Below, piece after piece: positions 39,731 through 52,775 of a stretch of 64,000 bases of DNA (positions within the stretch are counted from its first letter, which is position 1; every line of letters begins with the position of its first letter). The DNA comes from Camelus ferus (Eukaryota): assembly GCF_009834535.1 (NCBI RefSeq), contig NC_045696.1, forward strand, positions 10,046,001 to 10,110,000, given 5' to 3'. A program made the position numbers and the translations under genes. A model generated the notes under the pieces. It had not been told where the DNA came from. It ran no database searches and worked only from the letters and a program-made list of their open reading frames with translations.

Positions 39731-39898
39731 CTTTCTCTCACTCTTTTTTTTTTTTGTTGTTGCTTTGGGGAGGGGTGCAGGGAGGCAATTAGGTTTACTT
39801 TTTTTCAATTTTTATTTTTTAATGGAGGTACTGGGGACTGAACCCAGGGCCTCGTGCATGCTAAGCACACACTACCACTGAGCTATACCCCTCAACCT
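39731..39898 (-). mobile_element. Camelid-type tRNA-derived SINE
   Basis: Reverse complement of GGGGTATAGCTCAGTGGTAG...; TSD tgtttgtctcaattct (39715-39730 / 39899-39914). Confidence 0.88.
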
Positions 39899-40649
39899 TG
39901 TTTGTCTCAATTCTTAACTTTCATGGTTCTTTTACAACTCTGAACCATTCTCGTTAAAAAAAAAAAAAAAAAAAAAAAAAAAGCCAACAGTAATGCAAAG
40001 GTTGACCACTTCTCTCATTCTTAAGTTAATAAGTTGGTTGAGGAACTGCTGTTTTCTTTTAGGAAATCATTTAGGTCACCCACCTTGCATTATTCTTCCT
40101 TAATTCTTACTATAGTTTTAGTTACAATCATAGGATTATATTTAATTATTACTGTAATTAAAGAAGCTGTGACAGCAAAATCCTAAACTCTTTCATCTGT
40201 TCATTTAGGGAGAAGGAAAGCAGATTAATTGTATTTAAATCCTAACTCTTCATACAATTCAAAGTTTACACAATTAAAGGGGGAAAAAAAAGACGGCTTG
40301 ACCCAAGGATAAAAGTTATCATTGGCAACTATGAAAATGATGATCAAGTATTTTGCACTTAAAAAACTATTATTACCAGAGCTTTACAGACTTAAAAATA
40401 TGCAAAGCTGTGTTAAGAACCCATTTTCTTCAACAACTCTATTTTAAAGTGATGTTAGGATACATTTTTCAATACCATTTTTCACTCTACTAGAAAAGGA
40501 AGAAGACTGAGGCTATTCTTCAAAACCCCAAATGCTAGATTATTAGATTTCACACTTGCCAACAATTTCACAGCTGTTAAATAAAGTACAGAAAGAGGAC
40601 AGATGCTAATCATCAGCAGAAATCACATTTTCTCTGGAGTCTTTCTTAC

Positions 40650-40771
40650 CATGACTATATCTCCTGGCTGGATCGTGATTTCGTCATGACTTCTGGACTC
40701 GAAGGGATACAGTGCTCGGTAATACACCACTTTTACATTCTCCTGTGCAGAAATTGTAAGTGGGGCTTTTT
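40650..40771 (-). CDS. ITSN1: ITSN1 exon 19 ([43 protein letters not shown]3A N-half), 122 nt
   Basis: AACAG acceptor, GTAAGA donor; SH3 ALYxF motif. Confidence 0.96.
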
Positions 40772-42070
40772 CTGTTTACAAGAAAAGGAGAAGGGAACAA
40801 AAACAAAACATTACGCGGAACACAAACGCATGACACAAGCCGAATGACTGACACCTCCTCCACTGCCTGTCTTAACATCTGAACTTTTCCTGTCTATTCA
40901 AGGAATTTCTGGAACACGCAGTGAAGATGGGTTTGGTTCTGAAACCAAAGGAGAGCCAAGTCTGATGTCAGCAACTCCAACCCATCAGAGAGACCATTAG
41001 TGGATTCTAAACAAAGGTCATCCCAGTGCTGAATGCAGTGAGGCTGTCTAAGGCCCCTGGTCTCCAGCTCCTGGCTTAGGCTCCAGCAGCGCACATCTGT
41101 AAAGCATCGAGGCCTCTCTCCCCACGCCCAGGGTGCCCAGTGCGATGCAGCAGTTCGAATGCGACCCAAACGTGAATCAGTCAACTCACATGGAAGGGGG
41201 CAAAGGAGCACAACTTTAACTTCCCACATTAAAAGACAAGCAAATACTGATGTAGGCCTTGCCTGCCTTTTCCCCTGGACTGCACTCAGCTTGAGGCAGG
41301 GAAGGTGTCAGCCTCCCTCACCCCCCATCCCTGCCCACTGGGCAAACAGGAAACAAATTAACATTTATCATTTGCCATACAAAGGAAAAGGCAATCACTT
41401 CCTTCAGCTGAGTATCATCTGCAAAGCTTTACAATACCCTTCAGTCACACAAGCATTTAAAAAATACATTCTAGTTTGCATCTGATCTAAAGGATAATAT
41501 TTTCCAGCTGTTTCAAAGTCTTTCATTTATCATGATGTAAAGAGGCAACTTATGTTCAAAGAGCAAAAAAACAAAAAACAAAAAACAAAAAAACCAGTCT
41601 CACAAGGTAAAAGCAGTTGTGTGCAGTGCAGACTGGAGATGGTGAATGCCACGCCAGTGCAGGCAAGGGGAGAAGTGACACTTCCTGCTGCTGAAGTAGT
41701 TCAGAAATTCCCAGAGAACGTTAACAAACCGGAGAAGCAGCAGGTTCTGTTTTGCGGGAAAGGTTATGACCTCCATTTGGAACCCAGATGTATGAATGGG
41801 GCTTGGTAAATGAAAGAAGCTTTATGCCACTTTTGCCTGCAAAGGACCTCTGGATGCCAGTGTAATGGGGCCAAAGGCTGGCACGGTGGTAGAAGAACTA
41901 AGCAGATATCTAACGATGGTGCACTGAACAGCTGCACCATCCAAACAAAGACACTAACATTCTCATCTCTATTAATACAGCCAAGACGGAGCCTGATTAG
42001 ACATGGACATTTCCCGAGAGGATCTGGGAGAAGAGGACTTATTTGCCAGAATCATTTTGGCCTCTCGTAC

Positions 42071-42300
42071 CTGCGGTGGACCAGGGTGCTTGGACAGCGG
42101 GCTTAGCTGGTTCTGGATGTGGATGGAAGAGCCGACTCAGCTTGTCCTGCATTTCCTGTTTGCCCTTTTCCTCACTGTCCTTCTTTTTGACACTCTCTTC
42201 CCTTTTGAGTTTTTCCTCCTCGTGGGGTTTTCTCGGCCGCGGATGCTCATCATCTTGTTGAACGTGCTCAAGCCACTGTTGGTCCCTTTCCTGAGCTCGT
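42071..42300 (-). CDS. ITSN1: ITSN1 exon 18 (RAQERDQQW...QAPWSTA), 230 nt, phase 2-1
   Basis: GACAG acceptor, GTACGA donor; within ORF 42039-42350. Confidence 0.96.
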
Positions 42301-43089
42301 CTGTCAACAAAATGCCTGATTACAGCAAGGAAGCAACTCCAAGTCAACACTGCCGCTGCCTCTTTTCACAAGAAGCTCCGTCTAAGTCAATGGGATGCTA
42401 AACATCAAGGCATCTTGTTCTTCAGATGGAGGGGTCTGAATCAGGGAAACAGAGGCTCTCGGGGGGCTCCCCTTCCCAGTGAGATGAAATCACATGATTT
42501 AGACAACACAGTAAGCCAATTTCTGATGTATCTTCCACAGCGATAGAAAAAGAACAAAAAGACTTCTCAATTTTAAAGCTGGTAAATAACTGCCAAGAAA
42601 AATGAAAGCCAAAAAACACACAGGAACGTAACTTCCACGAAAAGAAAGAACACCCAACACTGCAAATGAAATACTGCTTAAAAAAGTCCCTGAATAATTA
42701 GACCATTGAGGGGACATGCCACATTTACACGCACACACGGGGCTCTCCACAACTGACATGGAAAAGCAAACGGTTATTCTGAACACTTGAGGTAGTGAGC
42801 GTCTCTCACTAAGCAATAGTTTCTATATATTCTACTGAACCTGATTACTTTGTGTTTGTGCTTCAAAGTAGCTGACATCAAGAGAGAAACTGTGATTAAA
42901 CCCAGGCCTTGAAAAGTATGGTGACCTCAGCCTGAAATCCATAGGAGAAGACTGGAAATGATTCTTCTCTCATTCTATAGTATTTTATAAAATCAGACAA
43001 CACCTTAAATGAAACTCATGTGCAAAAATAAATGATATTGTGTTAATAATAACTAGTCCTCCAGGTTTGCTGGCTACGAAGTTAACCCT

Positions 43090-43240
43090 CACACCAGGAA
43101 GATAGGTCCTGTCGTCAGCCGCTTTCTACAGATGACGACAATGAGGCCAAGGTGGTAAGTGACTTGCCCAAGGTCACACAGCCACATTGGCCCGGGGTTC
43201 AATCCAGACAGCTTGGTTCTAAAGTCCACACCCTGAATCG
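43090..43240 (-). mobile_element. MIR remnant
   Basis: AAGTGACTTGCCCAAGGTCACACAGC. Confidence 0.75.
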
Positions 43241-43564
43241 CTAGCCTGTGACATGGCCAATGCACAAAGGTCATCTCCCGGAATCAGAAAACAGCCGAGG
43301 GCACGTAATATAAACAAATAAAACTTCTACTCTCCATTTTAAAAACACTATGTTTACTCTGTATAAACATGAAAATGTCCTGCAGTGGAATCCTTCGTAA
43401 TTTAAATCTTAAGCATTTTATTTATAATTTTTAAAACATCTTTTAAGAAAGCAATGGAAAACATTTTTTGGAGGGATAGGGATGTTAATTGTTACTCATA
43501 ACAACAACAGAAAAAACACAATAAAATTTGCTTAACATATTCTACTAATAAAGGTCACTACTTA

Positions 43565-43643
43565 AAAGGAATATACGTATGTATATGCATGACTGGGACA
43601 CTGTGCTGCACACCGGAAACTGACACGTTGTAACTGATGGTAC

Positions 43644-43685
<42 letters not shown>

Positions 43686-43686
43686 A
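43565..43686 (+). mobile_element. Short L1 3' end with (TCAA)n tail
   Basis: GTATATGCATGACTGGGACACTGTGCTGCACACCGGAAACTGACAC; TSD gtcactactta/gtcaccactta. Confidence 0.75.
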
Positions 43687-44857
43687 GTCACCACTTATAA
43701 AAGCATATAACCACGTAATTTCTGAAGTTAAATTTTGGGTACTATTTATCATATAATTATAAGCAGAAAATTTAAACTTTCTGTATTATGAGACTGTGTG
43801 TTTATTTGTACTCTGCAGGAATGTGAAAGTTCGGCACAGTATATTGTAAATAGTAAATTAGGAAGATAAGAAAAGGATGGAGTTAGAGTTAATCAATACA
43901 GCCAAGGAATTAATTCTTGGGCATAATCCTACCTCCAAGAAAACCATAAAATAGTTCTGTAAATTGGTTTGAGACCTGACCTACTTACCCAAAGGCAAGA
44001 AAAAAACCCCAAACACCAGACGTAGAATGCTACATGGACCCATAAGCCAAAAGCACACCACCCTGGGCAGTTACACTGAGCTTTGCCCACTAAAGACAAT
44101 GACTTTCCTAAAGCATCTCTTTCTTCATCTTCTCAGTCTAATTTCAATAACCAAATTATATAATTTATACTATATCGGGATATTTGGTCATTTTTGTTTC
44201 TTGGGAGCCTAAAATCAGCTTGAAGTTTAAAAAACAAATATCCAATAACAAAATCAGACACACCAAAAGTTAAATAAGTTTCTACAATTGACTACCGAAA
44301 GCTACAAGTAAAAATAAAAGACAACAAACACAAATACTCAAACAAAAAGAAACAAAAATGTGTCTGTGTCCTAAACAGCAACAGCAACAGCAAAAGCAAA
44401 TTCCCTCCTTTTGAACTTGTTTAATCTGTAGTTGAAAAAAAGAAGAAAGAAGATGGTGTGACACACTGTCAGTCCCAGTGGAGAAACCCTGTGTGGCCAG
44501 TGAGCTCAGGGACTTTGATTTCAAACCCAGTACTCTGACCGCCACTGTTATTAAAAGGCTGTGAACTGGAAACGCATCTTGGTCATTGGCATGCAAATGA
44601 GCATACCAAGTGTCCCAATTTCCTTGTATAATTCCATTTATCTACATCGTCAGAGCCTGAGAGAGCTCTGGGAACTAACCAAAACCTTCAGGGGGTACTT
44701 CTATATGCGAAGATTTACATATACATGTGTTCGTGCTTATGCACACATTGAAGACAAGGCTCTTTCTGGTGTGGTCAGTACTTGGAGAAGCCCGGCACAG
44801 AATAGTAAATACTCAAAGTTCCTTCCAGATGGTCCACAATCCACTGAAAAGACTCAC

Positions 44858-44985
44858 CTTTGGGCTTCTTCTTTTTGTTTTTCTAATTCTAGGATCTTTC
44901 GTTCTTGTTCTTTCTGTTTCAGTCGTTCAGCTTCTATGGACTTCTGTTTCTGGAGTTGCTGCTTATTATGGATTTCCCTTAATTC
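44858..44985 (-). CDS. ITSN1: ITSN1 exon 17 ([15 protein letters not shown]...EEAQR), 128 nt, phase 0-2
   Basis: TGTAG acceptor, GTGAGT donor; translated by hand. Confidence 0.96.
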
Positions 44986-47207
44986 CTACAAATAGTCAAG
45001 ACACAGTTCATGTAACACCACCAGCTGACAGACATTTCCACTGTGGAGAAGCCCAGACACTTAGGAGATAAAGCTTCAGGAGGTCTGGAAAACATGATCT
45101 GGGAAAACAGAAATCACTCTACATTTTGACATGACTGATCTCTGAAAGTTGTTCTAGATCGTATTTTAGTTGAGTCACAACACACTGCACCTTGTCTAGA
45201 AGAAGTTTGCTAATGACAAGTATTAGAGAAACCACACAACTCAAGACTCAGCAATAATAATGGAACTTGATCAGTTTTAAGACATGGTGGTGATCACGAA
45301 TGCAACCTTAAGGTTCTTTCAATAATGAATCAACACTCAGCCTCCACTGGCTTTAAAGATAAACCCACTTCTTCACAGACTCCCTCCATCTAACCATTAC
45401 AACCTCACGTTCTTCTTGTGACATGCTGCCTTAGAACAAAAGAACGTCCCTTTGCTCCACAACCTTGAGTCTCCTGCACACCCCTTTGGGTCTATTTTTC
45501 TTCAAATCAGACCTCTTTTGGTGCATCTCTTCTTACTAAAACCATGTGTGAAACTGTCAGCTGCCCCAAACTAAACCAGCAGTCAGACTGAAAGTCTAAG
45601 CTATAATTTGATCACCACTTTGGATCCGATTTCCTTATTTGACACTAGCATAGGAATAAGTAATTTCCTTAACAGGTTACTGAAAATAAAGTGTGTTTTA
45701 TGATATTTAAAGTATTGAAGTCAGAAGATGAAACACCCAGAAGTCTGAAGAACAAAGAAATACCTGTTGGGGGAGTGGGAGAACCCCTTGATTCCATAGG
45801 AATCAAATGTTCACTAACAGATCCAGTCACCAAACCTCCTCTTACTTGCGTCAACAATACATCAGATGAGTCAAAGTGACCAGTAGAAACAAGAGAGAAT
45901 TTCCAGTTGACTTCTTGGTCTGGCTAACTAGGGGGGCAGTCCAGGGGTCTATATGGTGAGGTTTAAGAACTAAGGCCTGCCCTGTCTTCTCTAGTCTTGC
46001 TCATTGGTAAGTCTGGACAGGTAGGTTTCTTCCTGCCTTATTCCTACCTTTAGATTCCATCTGGAGATTGGACATCAAAGATAGGCTGTCAGTAGAAGAT
46101 AAGTGTTAAAATGCACTTATTCCCGGAGAAAAGCCCTAAGAGTGGTGCCAACCATTTCCTACTAGTTAGATTGTTCTTAAGATAAAGTCAGAAGGCATGT
46201 ACAAGTGAAACTGAGAGGTCCTAAAAACTAAAAGGGATCAACATGATATGAGAAGAAAGTTTACCTGGAGATCTGGAGGTTAGGGGGAGCAGGGGCAGAG
46301 AGAGGTGGGAGGGCTGGAGGGAAGGAGGCACTTGAGATGGAGAAGGAAGGGGCTTCAGTGGAGAGCCCAGCAGGTGAGCCTGGGCATATTCAGGCAGGAT
46401 GCAGCAGGAAGAGGCACAGCTTTGGTAAGGCACAAATTGGTGGCCTATTCCCTATGGCCACAGCCATGGGGCGTGTGACTTCCAAATTATGAAGGGGACC
46501 TGGGACAAGTTTAGCTACAGAGGGGCATGAAAGGCCAAGAATGGAGACTGGTCATAAGTAATAATAAGTAATGATGAAGCCTTGCTCTGTTTAAAGTTCC
46601 AGCTAAGAGAAAACCAACACCAGGTAAAAAGAACTCTACTTTTCATTCTTTCTCCCTGACATACCACAGGATCTAAAACGTTAATGCGCTAACAGGATTG
46701 CTTTTCACAGTAATTTGGAATCAAGCATAAATAGTAATCTCTGAAAACATGAATGAAAAAACTGGTTCATATTTAAGATTTGATATTTCAAAGACACAGG
46801 GAAAACATGGGTTAATTCCTATTAGAGTAATCTGCTCTCTTGGTTCAAGTTAATAACTCTATACGCAAAGGAAAACAGCAGTGGAGTGCTGCTAAATGAA
46901 CTCTAAAGGTCCTAGGAGGGGCAACCAAAAGTCAGTCCCCGCACAGACTGGGATGGTTCACTCTACCATTGGCCCAATGGCTGAGATCCTGCAAAAGGAA
47001 GGGTCAGAAGAGATGAAAGGTTGACTTTTTTCCCCCTATTTTCGAATTTCATCTTCAATTGCATAAAATTCTCAAATTAGTTCAGAAAAACAATTCATAG
47101 TAACAGAATATAAGTAAAAGGCACTGAACTGGGAACAAAGATACGAGGATTCTAATCTCAGGTCCCTGATATGGGCCAGTAGCTGAATCAGAGTAGATGA
47201 TCTATAG

Positions 47208-47247
47208 GGTTTTGTTTTGTTTTGTTTTGTTTTGTTTTGTTTTGTTT
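47208..47247. repeat. (GTTTT)n microsatellite
   Basis: Read directly. Confidence 0.9.
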
Positions 47248-47488
47248 AAGCTTTAAGATCTGTTAAATTCTTAGACACAGTTCATCACCATGAAAATTTA
47301 TTCTTTATCTCAGTGCCCTTTTTATTTAGGATTTTATTCTTATTGCATAAACCAAAAAGGCATAACCAGTAAGCAGAATAATTCTGAGCTGCAATTAAGT
47401 ACAAAAGAGCAGGAAATGACAGAGGAGGAATAACATTTTAGCATGATATTCAGAAACCTGATTATATATTAAAAAAGGAAAGTTCTTA

Positions 47489-47622
47489 GTGGGAGGGTAT
47501 AGCTCAGTGGTAGAGTACATGCTTAGCATGCACGAGGTCACGGGTTCAATTCCCAGTACCTCTATTTAAATAAAAAAAATAACAAATAAATAAGTAAACC
47601 TAATTATCCCCCTACAAAAAGA
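47489..47622 (+). mobile_element. Camelid-type tRNA-derived SINE
   Basis: GGGAGGGTATAGCTCAGTGGTAGAG...GGTTCAATTCCC; TSD aaagttctta. Confidence 0.88.
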
Positions 47623-47848
47623 AAAGTTCTTACTTCATCTAAGAAAACTGCATCTATAGGCAGAGTGATATTCAAAATACTTAACAACATGTACTTACTG
47701 CACAAGCACTGGCCAATTAGAATGGATTCCAGCCATGGTGTACCGATGAAGGTTTTTCATTTTACTGGCAAATTACACTGCACATTTCCTTTCTATACTG
47801 AGCTCTAGTAAGTGGATATTAATTTATAGATCAATAATTACCAGATAC

Positions 47849-48039
47849 GGCAGAGGGAGGTATAGCTCAAGTGGAGGAGTGCAAGCTTAGCGTGCACGAG
47901 GTCCTGAGTTCAATCCCTAGTACCTCCTCTAAATATAAATAAATAAACCTAATTACCTCCCCCGCCACAAAAAAAAACCTAAATAAATAAGTGATTCTTC
48001 AAAAAAAATTTTTTTAAATAAAGAAAATTAAAAAAAAAA
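47849..48039 (+). mobile_element. Camelid-type tRNA-derived SINE
   Basis: A and B boxes, AAACCTAATTACCTCCCC tail; TSD aattaccagatac/aattgccagatac. Confidence 0.88.
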
Positions 48040-51000
48040 AATTGCCAGATACAAAGTCAAGACACATGGAAATAAAACCATAACATATGAGGAGGCACTA
48101 TAAAATGAAAAGCAGTAAGAAGTGAATTGAAAGAATGTATGGGGGAATAAAATCATGTTAATGAGTCAGTTTTAAAATAATTTTTAAATGCATCAAATAC
48201 ATGAAGGAAGACACTCAAAAATTTTTATGGCACATTTTTTGGGGGGGGGGGCAGTGTAAGAGAATTAGAAGCTAAGCTGAACCTATCTTTGGAATTGGCT
48301 GAATAAGCTGCAACTTCAAGTACCTCCAAGGAAACAGAGCTTGCAGGAGCCACAGAGTAACAGATGTCAAATGAGGTAACAGAAGGCTCTGACATCTTAT
48401 GATCCAGATTTGAAGGCAGCAAAAGTTTCCCTGTCATTTCCTTCATCCAAGTCAAATACTGCAGAGATACACAGTCAAGGGTAAGGAAATCAAGAGGCTA
48501 TGAACAGGTACTTCCTCCCTTTTCTCGGATTTGGGAGTTTAAGACGGCATGAAGCAACATAACAGAAAAGGTATGATTCTGAACTTGATTACCTTTTTTT
48601 AAAACGCTGAACTTCTGAGAAGGCAATCCGAGAATGAAGGAATATGTACTAAAAACTAGCTAACAGCTCGCCTTCCCATGCAAGACGAGGGTGGTGGACC
48701 GCCAGGCCCCTTCACATGGAGCCCAGGGCGGCCATGTTCCTTCCCGCCTTTTCAACACTGTTTAAGAAACTCAAGTATCAATACAGTTATTGAAAAGTTG
48801 CTTTTAAATATTTTTCAGGTGACAAATAAATCTGGCGTCATTAAATTCTTTCTTTATTTATTCAGAAATGAGAGAACTATTGGGAGAAGTAGCTAAGAAA
48901 AAATCTACGCTCCCGGAGATCAGCCTGATTTAAGTGACTGTGCAAATTCTGTTAAATCTCGTCACAGTTATTTCTCCATTATAACTAAGTTAAAAATAGA
49001 ACAAATATGAAACTACTATGAATCAAAACGTAAAATCTCACTTGTGGCTATTCCTAAAATTAACTGACTTTTTTCTAAAATTAGTAACTCTACAATTGCA
49101 TATTTATTCATGGGCTGCATACTTATCAAGCAATACTTATTGATTATACAACTTTGATGACTTTTCTTCTGAGTTCTATTCAAGGGTATGATATGCTTTA
49201 CATTAGGTCTAGTGGACAATAGCTTAATATTATCTCCTAGTGAAGTACAGTAACTTATATAATAAGAAATAATTAAGCATTCATTCATGAAGTTTTAGCT
49301 ACACACAAATACATGGGAAAAATAAAATTTCTACAAAATGTGTACTATATATAAGTTATAATAAGGTTTTTTTCACCAATAATATCTGTAGAATTCTTAG
49401 AGCAAAGTTTCTTATCCAGGGTCTATGAATCAGCTTTGGCTCTGTGAACACTATGAAATTACATGCAAACTAGGGTGTATGGGTATTTTTCTTGCTAAGT
49501 AAGCTCATAGCTTTTATTTGATTCTCAAAGGGGGGGTGGGAGCAAACATAGATTATAAACCACAATAAGAAAATGATCTGCAACTAAGTATTCTGTCTTG
49601 TATTAGTTAAAAGACAATCAGCTTGCTTTTTAACCTCTTTCCTTCAACCAAGAGGGAAAAGTCATTTATTTTCCCCAAAGAATTAAGATATTTGCACCAT
49701 TAAACATCTCTGGACATCCTGTGGCACGTGGCCAAAGCATTTCAAAAGCAATATGCTTGACAAATTGAATCCTCAAGAAGATCCAATTTTTTGCCCTGAG
49801 AAATATGGCTCACTTTCAAGTTTCTAAAGACAGTTGTTCTATTGCTATGCAAGTGGCACAGAATCACTTGATTAAAAAACTCTGTTTCTCCTTCAGTTGG
49901 TCTTAGAAACACTCAAAAGTGAATATATTATGTGAAATGATATTTCTTGGAACATAAGGAAGTATCCACCAAACAATACATACGGAATTCCTTTTAAACA
50001 TTACGTTGCATAAAGGCTTGTGAAGAGAGAAAAAAATTAACTAGCAATAGAAGGCCTATGGAAGGCGAGCAGTTCGTGGACATACATTGCTAATTTGGTC
50101 ATTTAACTTTTTTGAAAGATTACTCTGCTTCTGGTTTTTGCCTCAGGCTATCTCTTGGAAAAGAAAGATAAAACCAAGCATACCTTGATTAATTACTGGA
50201 AATTCCTGAATTCAACACTATACATCAAAAGAAAATCGTGTAGGACACACCCTTTATATTTAAAACAATCTTGGTACTGTTAATATTAAATTGACCTCAA
50301 AGGACATTGATCTATGTATCAGCAACAGAAATTTCAAGTGTTTGTTTTGTCTAAACCTAATACTTGCACAAAGTCAAAAGCAGAAGTGCTTTTATTTTAT
50401 TTATTTTTATTTCCTCCCACACTCCACCCAAGACACTCAGCTGGAGCCTTCCTGGCTTCCACAAAAAACCTCAATGAATGCCAAGAATCTGGAAGCCTCC
50501 AGACCCTCCCTGTCCCTGGGAGGCAGCTTGATAAACGAAGAAGGTTCATTGGCTGGTGCTTCTCCAACCCTCTGTTTATCTGTAAGACTTGGGAAGTAGT
50601 ACCTGTCCTATCTATGGCAAAGGGAAGGTGTTATCAAAAGCAAACAGCTGAATCCATATGGAAGTACCTTGTAAATGTCAACGTCTTGCCTTCCGTACAA
50701 ATGTTGAGGGAGGGGGGAATTGCAGATTTCACAGCTGAGCATGCTTTCTTTCATATTTAAAAAAATTAAAAAAACTTTATTTTTCACCCAAGGATATTAC
50801 ATAGGATACAATATGAGAATTTTTTAAAGGACTGTTGAGTCTTAAAATACAGTAACTTATCCCAATTAAGTGGTTGTAAAACAAATGGAAAGCTATTAAA
50901 GAAAGCCAATCAACAAACCCCATGAAGACAGGGGAACATGTACCTGTGTGGAAAAATCTGAAAAATAACTATTCAAAACAGAAATTTTACCCAAATCAAG

Positions 51001-51591
51001 GTAAGTCAATATTCCATTTATCACAAATTACAAAATGTATTTGTTCTTGATGCATGAAAAGTGGGAGGAGTATAAAAAATACATTGATTGGTTATTTAAA
51101 TTCCGGGAAGGGATATACTAATGTTTAAAAACATGCTTAAATATTACTTTTAAATCTGAAGTCAATATTCAACCAAACAGTAAATCCAATCCCCCAGGGC
51201 ACAGGCGAGTAGTCGATGTATCCTAAGTGCTATGGGAGAGCCGGAGACGAATGAGCTGGGATGTGAGTGTGCACGCACGCCTGGTGTGTGTGTGTGTCTG
51301 TGAAGGGGTGAGGCGACAGGTGGACAGAAAGGGGGAGCAGAGCTGGAAAACCCTGTCTTCTCTGCAACAGGGTCTGCTAACTAAGAATCTTCTCCCATGT
51401 CTCCCAAGAGGCTTTGCTAGATACCCTTATGTTACCAGAAAGACAAAACTGACTCCTGAAAATCCGAATTTTCCCCAAATGTCTCAGCTTTATTTATGAA
51501 GCAATATCCCATTGTTTCAAATGTGTCATTCTAAAGAATAAAACTTCAAGGGGTTTGGCTGAAAAAAGAGAATAAAAAAAGACAACTTTAA

Positions 51592-51688
51592 GGGGGAGGG
51601 TATAGCTCAAGCAGTAGAGTTCATGCTTAGCATGCACGAGGGCCTGAGTTCAATCCCCAGCACAACCATTTAAAAAAAAAAACAAAAC
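51592..51688 (+). mobile_element. Camelid-type tRNA-derived SINE (short form)
   Basis: GGGGAGGGTATAGCTCAAG...GAGTTCAATCCCCAG, A tail; TSD caactttt. Confidence 0.85.
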
Positions 51689-52736
51689 CAACTTTTTTTT
51701 TCAAAAGACTGGGTTCTGCTTTTTTCCCTCCCCCAATCACCTTTTGTTAAGTATTTTTTTATACCTCAAAAGAAAGCCCCACACTGATACTAAAAAACCC
51801 AGGCAACCAACCAATCTATTGGTATGGCATAGAATCTAATACAATAATATCTGTTAATTACTTTGAGTCTTGGGAGTTTTCTAATTATTTTTTCATATTT
51901 AAGGAATCTACGTAGTTTCCACAATCACAGGTACATTGAATGAGAGAGCATTACTTCTGTAAAGAAGAGGTCTTTTCAAAAGGATCACACAGGTAAAAAA
52001 TTAAATTTAATCTTGAACAAAAAAAGACAGTAAATCATGAAACAGCCAAACATTCTACCAATAAGAGAAAGCAACGCTGTTATTTGAATTCACACTGATT
52101 TCTCTTCCTGTCTTTGCAGTTCCTCTTTCTGGATCTTTTTCTTTCCTTCCTTGTTTCCCTTCGCATGCATTTTTTTTTCCTGACTTCTCATTCTGTTCTG
52201 CAGTTCCTTCTCCAGCTCTTTTCTTTGCTCCCCTGGTTGCTAAACATTTTGCCTTTCACTGCCTTCATAATGAATGAGCCTGCCATGAAAGCAAGTTTCT
52301 GAAACCAAGAGCATAAAAGCCTTAGTTAAGCCAAGAATCTTATTTACTATAACTGGCATTCTCATTTCAACAATTCAGTTCCTAGGAGCAATTTTTAGGA
52401 CAGGTATCATTACGGGCAGAATTTATATTTCTAATATCCTCTTGTGTCTAATTTAACAAGTCATTTATTTCCCAAGTATGTTAAGGAATACAATTCTTAA
52501 TTTCGAATTAGTCTTAAATAGTGGCATTTTTCTAAGAAATAAAGTACTATTCACTTTTGGAATAGTAATGCTGACTATACTATCTGATGATGGAAATATG
52601 CGTATCAACCCAAATAATGACTAAGTGTTGTCTTTCAAATTATGCAGCCACATGGCAAATTCAATGATCTAAAATACGCTTGTTATAAAGACTACAGTAT
52701 ATAGTACCTTATCCAGATTGTAGTTCAGTGCTTCCA

Positions 52737-52737
<1 letters not shown>

Positions 52738-52770
<33 letters not shown>
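52738..52770. repeat. (CA)n microsatellite
   Basis: Read directly. Confidence 0.92.

Positions 52771-52775
<5 letters not shown>

Noticed and set aside
47489..47570. tRNA-like sequences as tRNA genes
   Set aside because: They have A-rich tails and TSDs and recur seven times in the window, so they are SINEs
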